A DNA stretch of 64,000 nucleotides, from contig CAMTVR010000012.1 of assembly GCA_947085265.1 (NCBI GenBank), positions 348,912 through 412,911 of the forward strand. Reading direction: 5' to 3'. Numbering within the stretch: the stretch's first letter is position 1; the number at the start of each line of letters is the position of its first letter. Under the pieces are notes generated by a model. The model saw nothing but the letters and a program-made list of their open reading frames with translations. It ran no database searches and was not told where the DNA came from. The position numbers were made by a program, and so were the translations under genes. Shown one piece after another: positions 57,744 to 64,000 of this stretch. Origin of the DNA: an uncultured Bacillus sp. GTDB lineage: Bacteria; Bacillota; Bacilli; ZCTH02-B2.

Positions 57744-58988
57744 ATGACAGAGGAATGGAAAAAAAGGTGGAGCGCCTATGTTGAAGGCCGCTTGACAGAT
57801 GAGGAAAAAAAACAGGTGGAGGAAGAACTGGCAAAACTGGAAGCTTATCAGGAATTTCTGGAGGAAGAATTGGAGAAAGGGCAAGACGAAAAGTTGAATA
57901 AAAAATCGCATCGCAATAGCAATTCTTCAGCAAAGGGCGACTCCACAGGAATGAATCTTTCAAACACCCTCCTTCGCAAGGCAAAGTGGAAAGCGCGGCT
58001 GCAAAACGCGTTGACGGCGTTTGCTATTTTCTTGCTCCTCATGATATTCGGGTCTATTCTCACCGGGGCGTTTTATTCATGGGGTGAACCTAACCGTATG
58101 GAAATTTACCAAGATGTCATCCGTTCCACAGTGGCCGTCACAGAACCCAATATCCAATTCAGCAGCAGCGGCATGAATACAACCCCGTGGTTTACCATGC
58201 GGATAAATGCTCAGTTGGAAAAACAAATCGGCGACAAGCTCGAACTGGTGGGTGAAATGTCTTCCTCTTTTCTCTTCAACAGACTGACTTCGTCCGAGAG
58301 AAAGTGGTTGGTTTACACGCCGCGAAACCATCCCCTTTTTTACCATCCGGAAGATGACCTGGGCGCTCCATATTCCCAATCCACATGGAGCAGCCTGGAG
58401 AAGCTGCCGGAAGGCACCGTGGCAGAGTTATATCTGTCTTTGGATCGCTTTTATTCAACGGCAGAAGTGTTGCCTCTTCTTGAGGGAAAAAACTTCCATC
58501 CGTTGTGGTTCGCGGTGGATACAGGCATGGAGGAGCCATATAAAACCGGTGATTACCGACCCGTCGACGAACCGTTTGGATTTCCCTTTTTTCCAATATG
58601 GCATCACGACGACATGTTACTTAATCAGTTAACAGTTGAAAGTAAATCTTTCTTTTCCACGGTCACGATTGAATCTCGAGGATCTCCTCCCATTGAGGCT
58701 TATGGCAGCGCCGAGGTGAGGGAAGAAAATTTTGTAAAAACTCTACAACTATTGACAAAGTACGAATCCATCGCAAAAAAGGTATCACGGTACCATAAAC
58801 TCCATCTCGGCGAACGGCTGGCATACATTCAGGAAAAGGGGGTACGGATCTACGGCGTTGTCGTGACCGGGCCGACCAAGGAGTTGTTGAAACTGAAACA
58901 AGAACCCTGGGTCAGAAGGGCGGTGTTGGGAGAAGTGAGTTTGTGGAGCTGGTCGGAAGAAATGAATTCCACCTCACCCGAGCAGTGA
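57744..58988 (+). CDS. putative anti-sigma factor (single-pass membrane, RsiX-like)
   Basis: It starts 8 nt after the sigma gene. An N-terminal cytoplasmic helix is followed by a TM helix ('LTAFAIFLLLMIFGSILTGAF') and a large extracytoplasmic domain. Confidence 0.6.
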   Translation: MTEEWKKRWSAYVEGRLTDEEKKQVEEELAKLEAYQEFLEEELEKGQDEKLNKKSHRNSNSSAKGDSTGMNLSNTLLRKAKWKARLQNALTAFAIFLLLMIFGSILTGAFYSWGEPNRMEIYQDVIRSTVAVTEPNIQFSSSGMNTTPWFTMRINAQLEKQIGDKLELVGEMSSSFLFNRLTSSERKWLVYTPRNHPLFYHPEDDLGAPYSQSTWSSLEKLPEGTVAELYLSLDRFYSTAEVLPLLEGKNFHPLWFAVDTGMEEPYKTGDYRPVDEPFGFPFFPIWHHDDMLLNQLTVESKSFFSTVTIESRGSPPIEAYGSAEVREENFVKTLQLLTKYESIAKKVSRYHKLHLGERLAYIQEKGVRIYGVVVTGPTKELLKLKQEPWVRRAVLGEVSLWSWSEEMNSTSPEQ

Positions 58989-59003
58989 GGTGGATCCTGG
59001 GCA

Positions 59004-59204
59004 CTAGTCTTTTTTCGCGGGACAGGTGCGAATCCCAAACAGCGTATACAGAGGACACCACTTCACCGCAGCCGTAAACAACGGCACAAGGCCAATCAGG
59101 CCGAGCCATTTGAGATTCCCTTCAATGAAAAACAACAGAAAAAGCAATGCCAGTCCTATGATGACACGAATCAAACGATCCAAACTTCCTACATTGACAT
59201 TCAT
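59004..59204 (-). CDS. DUF2892 family small membrane protein
   Basis: 66 aa. The C-terminal 'KWCPLYTLFGIRTC' motif is characteristic of DUF2892. Confidence 0.6.
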   Translation of the reverse strand: MNVNVGSLDRLIRVIIGLALLFLLFFIEGNLKWLGLIGLVPLFTAAVKWCPLYTLFGIRTCPAKKD

Positions 59205-59364
59205 GATTCATCCCTCCAGATGAGAAAAATCTCATTCGTTAAAAATGATTCCTAACTATTATGTTATACCTATAATGGTATAAATCAAGACGCCTTTTTT
59301 TCATTTATAAGACAAAAACCCGAATTATTGTTGAATAAAGTCAGGCTATGAATAAAGAGGCACA

Positions 59365-59559
59365 ATGACGGATTACACAAAAGAAGCCATTCAACCCTAC
59401 GATCGCGACGAGGCTCACCACTTTGTGAGCTTCTTGCTCAGAACGCTGCCCATCCAACAGGGGGAACATCAGGTCTCATCCGCAAAAAAAGGCTATGTAA
59501 GCGAAGCATGGGCCCAGCCGATTGAGAAGCGAATAGAGATTCTGGAACGAATGTATTGA
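59365..59559 (+). CDS. hypothetical small protein
   Basis: A 64-aa ORF with no recognised motif. Confidence 0.3.
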   Translation: MTDYTKEAIQPYDRDEAHHFVSFLLRTLPIQQGEHQVSSAKKGYVSEAWAQPIEKRIEILERMY

Positions 59560-59563
59560 GAGA

Positions 59564-61117
59564 TTAACGTTTTTCCGGCAGCACATCTCGGATCAAATCT
59601 GCCACGATCTGCTCCTGGTACAAACACCCACCCTCCGCGATTTGCTCTGGCAGTTTCTCATCCCACGGGACAATGAGCGAACGCAACGCCTGTTGATGAG
59701 GCAAAGGAACGGGACATTTTTGCACATCGCTGTACCAGCTATACGTTACACTGTCAAAGCGCCATGGACGAAAAGAACGGGGAAACATCCGCCGGAGGCG
59801 ACAGGCGATTTCCATCCCTTTCCAATCAAAATCGCCATTGTAATAAAATATACCCCCTTGTCCTTCCCACTGTTCCAAGAAACGGATGGCGGCCACACTG
59901 GGCTGCCCGCTCAGTAAGGCCAGTTGTGGGACGGGCAATGTCCTGTGTGCCTCCCAAGCGTCGATAATGGCGCTGAAGACCGAAGGGTTTTCCACGACGT
60001 ACAGCGGTCGCCGGCAGTCCCATTCCCAGTTTTGCTCTAAATGCCGCAACGTCAGCACGACCAAATGGCCGAATTCCGTTGCTGGATGGCGAAGTGCTGA
60101 TTCGCAAGATTCACTTGCTGGTTTTCCTTCATGAACGTCGTCGGATACGCGCTCATGAGCCTGTTTCCGTAAAGTAAGACCAAACGTCGCCACCGACGAT
60201 GAAATGTCATCGTCCATAAGTCCCACCCGCCGAAACAGGCGGCGGCGGTAGAGGGAGGCGCTGATCCCCTTCCAGTCATCGTCATCCGTGTCGCCATTCT
60301 GTGTTTCCGAAACCGGGGGTTCCTCTGTCAGTGATTCCTCTGCCTGAGAAGGAAATAGAATAACGGCATCTTTCCCACCACTGCTCCCTAACACGGCTAC
60401 ATCCTGCGGCCCGTTTTCAGACTCCCTACTCTCCTGCTGCAGTTGCTCTTGGTCCAGAATGGCCTTCAGTCCGGCTTGAAACAGCTTGGCCAGGGGTTGT
60501 CCGGCATCAAGCGCGTGCGGGTCCCCTGTCAGTTGTGCGGCAAAGATTGGGGTCCGCATGGACAAGCCCGGATCATCAGGCAACCGCGCAAGGGCCTGTA
60601 CCGCAAAGGTCAGAAGGTTCAGGGCATCGTCCTCTCCTTCATGAACCAAACGCCTGAGCAGTTGACTGCCAGGGGCAGTTCCTCGCTTGAGGCCGTCGAG
60701 CCAGGCGGCCACCTGCTGTTTTCGCCACGCTGACATCCTCGACTCCTCGCTGGCAAGTGCTCGTTGCACCGCACAAAAGAAAGCCTCCCAACGCGCTTGC
60801 CGCTCCCGTTCTTGTTCGGAACGAAGCACGAGGGGTTCTGCAAAATAACGCGCTAAAAATTCCGGCAACCGCAGCCCGACACGGCTGTTGTGCAAAATAT
60901 GGTCGAGTTCGGCGAGAGAGACAGTGACCGTTTTCATTCCCCGTAAATCACGCCCCAGCAAACCGGCCAGCGCTTCCCGTTCCGCCTCTTCCCGCAAGGT
61001 GAGCTGCACCGTTCCCCCCACTCGCTCCAGCCTTTCATAGCGCGTGCGTACACGCCGGAATAACCGCTCATACACCGGGTGGGCAAACAACCGGCGCCAT
61101 TCCTCAATCGTCGTCAC
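59564..61117 (-). CDS. jetD: Wadjet JetD (DUF2399 + Toprim) protein
   Basis: A C-terminal Toprim is present ('LYVVENPSV' Glu, 'YYNGDFDWKGMEIA' DxD). The likely start is a GTG overlapping the jetC stop (GTGA). The gene is high in GC. Confidence 0.65.
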   Translation of the reverse strand: MTTIEEWRRLFAHPVYERLFRRVRTRYERLERVGGTVQLTLREEAEREALAGLLGRDLRGMKTVTVSLAELDHILHNSRVGLRLPEFLARYFAEPLVLRSEQERERQARWEAFFCAVQRALASEESRMSAWRKQQVAAWLDGLKRGTAPGSQLLRRLVHEGEDDALNLLTFAVQALARLPDDPGLSMRTPIFAAQLTGDPHALDAGQPLAKLFQAGLKAILDQEQLQQESRESENGPQDVAVLGSSGGKDAVILFPSQAEESLTEEPPVSETQNGDTDDDDWKGISASLYRRRLFRRVGLMDDDISSSVATFGLTLRKQAHERVSDDVHEGKPASESCESALRHPATEFGHLVVLTLRHLEQNWEWDCRRPLYVVENPSVFSAIIDAWEAHRTLPVPQLALLSGQPSVAAIRFLEQWEGQGGIFYYNGDFDWKGMEIACRLRRMFPRSFRPWRFDSVTYSWYSDVQKCPVPLPHQQALRSLIVPWDEKLPEQIAEGGCLYQEQIVADLIRDVLPEKR

Positions 61118-64000
61118 GCTTCGAGCAGCTCCTCTTCCCAGTCCTCTTGGCCAATCAGACGACGGCGTTTCCCATCCCAGTGAAAGCGGATGAGGGTGAC
61201 AAAATCGGCATCCTGCGGACGAAGCAGTTCGTAAATCGACAAATTCGGCACCGTGTCGTAACATCCCCACAACACTTGGCTCGTCATCATGTAGTCAAAG
61301 TCCATATCCGTCAACAGCTCGAACATGTCACGCAAATTGGCTTCATCAACGCCGGCAAACGCTTCGTCAAGGCAGATGATCTTCGGGGATTGCTCACGCG
61401 AACTCATGTAGCGAGAATAGGTGGCGGCAAACAGCGGAATATACATCGCCATCGCCTTCTCACCACCGCTCAACACGTTAAAGCGGGCATCCGTCAGCTC
61501 ACGCCAACTGTGTCCTCCCTTTTCATAGTACAACGTAAAGCGGAACCAATGGCGGTAATCGAGCATGCGGTAAATCCACTCCCTGAGGGTATCGCGCTGC
61601 TCCGCTTCCCGCCGCGCCCAATTGACGCGCGAACGGAAGTGCGTCACCATCCGCTCAAACTGTTCTTCACGCAACAGGCCAGCATCGGTACGCAGCAGTT
61701 TGACCAGTTCGGCCGTATCCATCTCCTCCTCGTTGTTCGCCGGACGCGGTTCCCAGCGCAAGCGCAACCGCAGGCCGCTCGATGTCTTCCGGCGTTCCAT
61801 CAAGTCGTTCATCCGTTTTACCCACGCCTCTGCCCGGTAAATTTTATCGCGAATCGCCCGCCCCACACTGTGAATGAGCACTTGCTCATACAACTCCCTG
61901 TCTTTCTCTTTGAGCAGCATTTCTTGCTCTCGCTCCAGTTCGGTCAGTTCCAAGAGGAGGGACTCGGGCGACTGCGGATGCTGACGGTCGCGGCGGAACT
62001 GGATGAGAATCCGCCCACCATCGTCCTCCACCTCAGGCACAAACTCGTGCAGTACTTGCCGCGTATTGTGAAAGGCGTCCCATACGCGGTTACTCAACTG
62101 TTCGTACGAGAAATTGGCATACGTATCGCGCATGGTTCGGATGACCGTCCGGCAGTGTTCCACCATGGCCTCCTGGTCGTCCGCTTGCACATCCGCGTCC
62201 CGGAACGCGCTCACCAAACCCCTTTTCCATTCTTTCACATAACTCGTTATCGAGGCCGTCAACTGGTGCGCGGCCGCTTCCGCCTGCTCCCGCTGCTGTC
62301 GCGCACGATTCAATGCTTCGCCCAATTGCCGCTCCAACTCACGAAAGGCTCTTTCCCGCTTGTCTTTGGATTCTTTCATCTGATGAATGGACTGACGCAG
62401 TTCATCAAGCCGCCGGTGTACATCGAGCAGGCCCAACTCATCCAACAACCGCTCGATCGTTTCGATTTCGTGGCGAAGGACGTTCAGATCCCCCTTCACC
62501 TTCAGCCAGTCTTCTTCATCTTCTGCCAGTTGAATGCGAAGCCGCTCCGCCTCATCGGCCGCTCGACGCCATTTGTCCTGTTCGTTCCAATAGTCCTCCC
62601 AGGACCTTTGTAAACTTCCGAGCACACGCTCATACAGCCGCACCTGTTCATGGACACGCTCCAGTTCGTTCTCACGCGCCGGCAGCGAACATTTTCGTAC
62701 CTTCTCAAGCAGTTCGCTGCGCAGTTTCCGCAAGCCGTCGGCTGCCTGTTGGTATTTTTGGTCAGCGCGCCTGACAAGTTCCTGCGCATACGTCAGTTCC
62801 CGCCGCGCATCTTGCCACGCAAGCGCTTTGGCCTGCAGTTCATCGTCCGACGGAAACGCTTCGCGCTCCTCATCCAGCCTTTGCCGTGCCTTTTTGCAGC
62901 GGGCGATCTGTTCCCGGCATTTTTGCAGCGCCTCTTGCTCAGCGGCCATCGCATCTTCGAGCCGTTTCATCTCCCGCATCCGCGTCTGTTCGCGCGTTTC
63001 CTTGCCGATATATTCCGCCCGTTCCTTGCTCCGGGCTTTTCCGTAAAGCGGCCCCAGACGAAACGCCCCGCTCGGATCGACAGCCACGCCCGTCTCAGGC
63101 ATCTCCTCCGTTCCCACGACAATCGTCCGCAAAACGTTGTCAATCTGTTCACTCGTCAGATGACTGTCCTCCGGTGGGGTCGGATACAGCCAATCGGCCA
63201 ACGTGTGCGCCAACCATTGCGGATTCGGCACGAGCCACGCATCTTCTTCGCCGTCACGCACGCTCAAAGCGCCAGCCGGCGTCACCCAGGCATCGAGCAA
63301 ACCGGCCCGCTCAAGCAACTCTTCCAGCCTCGCCCGTTCCGCTTCCCCGACATGGTCATAAAAGGCGCAAACCGCATACAGTGGCGCCCCGCCTTCCCCT
63401 GCTGCCTGTCGGCGGGCGCGAGCCTTCTGTCGCGCTTCCGTCGCTGGCGGTTCCGGCTCTTTCTGCTCCCGCTACAACGTCCACTCCGTATGCAATTCGT
63501 CGTACCGTTCGCGGTGCCTTTTTTCGACCGCTTCCAGCTGTGCCATCTCTTGCGAGAGGCGGCGCAACGCCTGTTCGTACGCTGCTATCAGCGGTTCGCG
63601 CACGCGTTCGTACGGAACATCAGGAAATTGGCTTAAACGGTGCAACATCTCCTGAAATTGACGATCGGTCAGCGTCAATTCGTTGACCTGTTCCCGCCAC
63701 TGAAACAATCGGTTCTGCTGTGCATCCAAGCTTTCTAAGAGTTCTCGCTCTTTTTCCGTCACCAACCGCTCCTGTGCGTCCCGCTGGCGGCTGGCCTCAC
63801 CCAGTTCGTATTCCAACTCCTTGACCGTTTCTTCCTGTCGCGACACTTCGCGGGCGAGGCGCAAGGCCGCGTACACTTCCCGTTCATGTTCCTCGAGATC
63901 ATTGCGCCAAGCCGTCCAATTCACCTGCTCTCGCTCCGGGATGTCCTGTTCCCACAAGTCATGGTAACTGCTGCTATAAGGAAAAGCGATCGCATGCGCC
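61114..64000 (-). CDS. jetC: Wadjet JetC (SMC-like ABC ATPase), 5' end beyond window; frame interrupted by in-frame TAG at 63472-63474
   Basis: The C-terminus carries 'LSGGEKAMAMYIPLFAA...KIICLDEAFAGVDEAN' (signature plus Walker B) and long coiled coils. ORFs 63472..63957 and 61114..63318 are in the same frame, separated only by one TAG. Confidence 0.65.

Noticed and set aside
61147-63686. Long plus-strand ORFs (488, 328 and 266 aa) antisense to jetC
   Set aside because: They lie inside a high-GC coding region on the opposite strand. Their products are Arg/Pro/Ala-rich low-complexity sequence, the typical shadow ORFs of GC-rich genes.
1-64000. CRISPR arrays, rRNA, additional tRNAs, IS elements with inverted repeats
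   Set aside because: No regularly spaced direct repeats and no rRNA-like conserved blocks were seen. Besides selC, no other cloverleaf candidates were found in the intergenic regions examined. The only recombinase is the minimal integrase at 5681-6283.

Overview
This window reads as a Bacillales-type chromosomal segment of about 55% GC. Its backbone follows the conserved B. subtilis 'yqh' order: efp, papA, aroQ, yqhQ, yqhP, yqhO, lipM, gcvPB, gcvPA, gcvT with a tandem glycine riboswitch, yqhH (SNF2 helicase), yqhG, and comGG through comGA. Lineage-specific blocks interrupt that backbone.

The main points:
- **Low-GC insert (3331-6283).** It carries an HD-GYP protein and a catalytic-domain-only tyrosine recombinase.
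- **Class II ribonucleotide reductase.** A B12-dependent nrdJ sits beside dat (D-amino acid aminotransferase).
- **Selenium-utilisation locus.** selA, tRNA-Sec (selC, anticodon UCA, long extra arm), selB and mnmH (tRNA 2-selenouridine synthase) are present but dispersed. No selD and no obvious selenoprotein gene lies in the window.
- **Respiration and redox.** A ba3-type cytochrome oxidase operon with a small subunit-IIa-like ORF; zur and arsR regulators; a glutaredoxin/thioredoxin-reductase fusion; and an ECF sigma factor with its anti-sigma factor.
- **Wadjet defence system.** A high-GC jetD plus jetC (SMC-like ATPase) runs off the 3' end of the window. The jetC frame contains one in-frame TAG stop codon.
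- **Frameshifted thiI.** thiI appears split by a single-base shift in a 4-nt homopolymer.

No CRISPR array, no rRNA gene and no second tRNA gene were seen.
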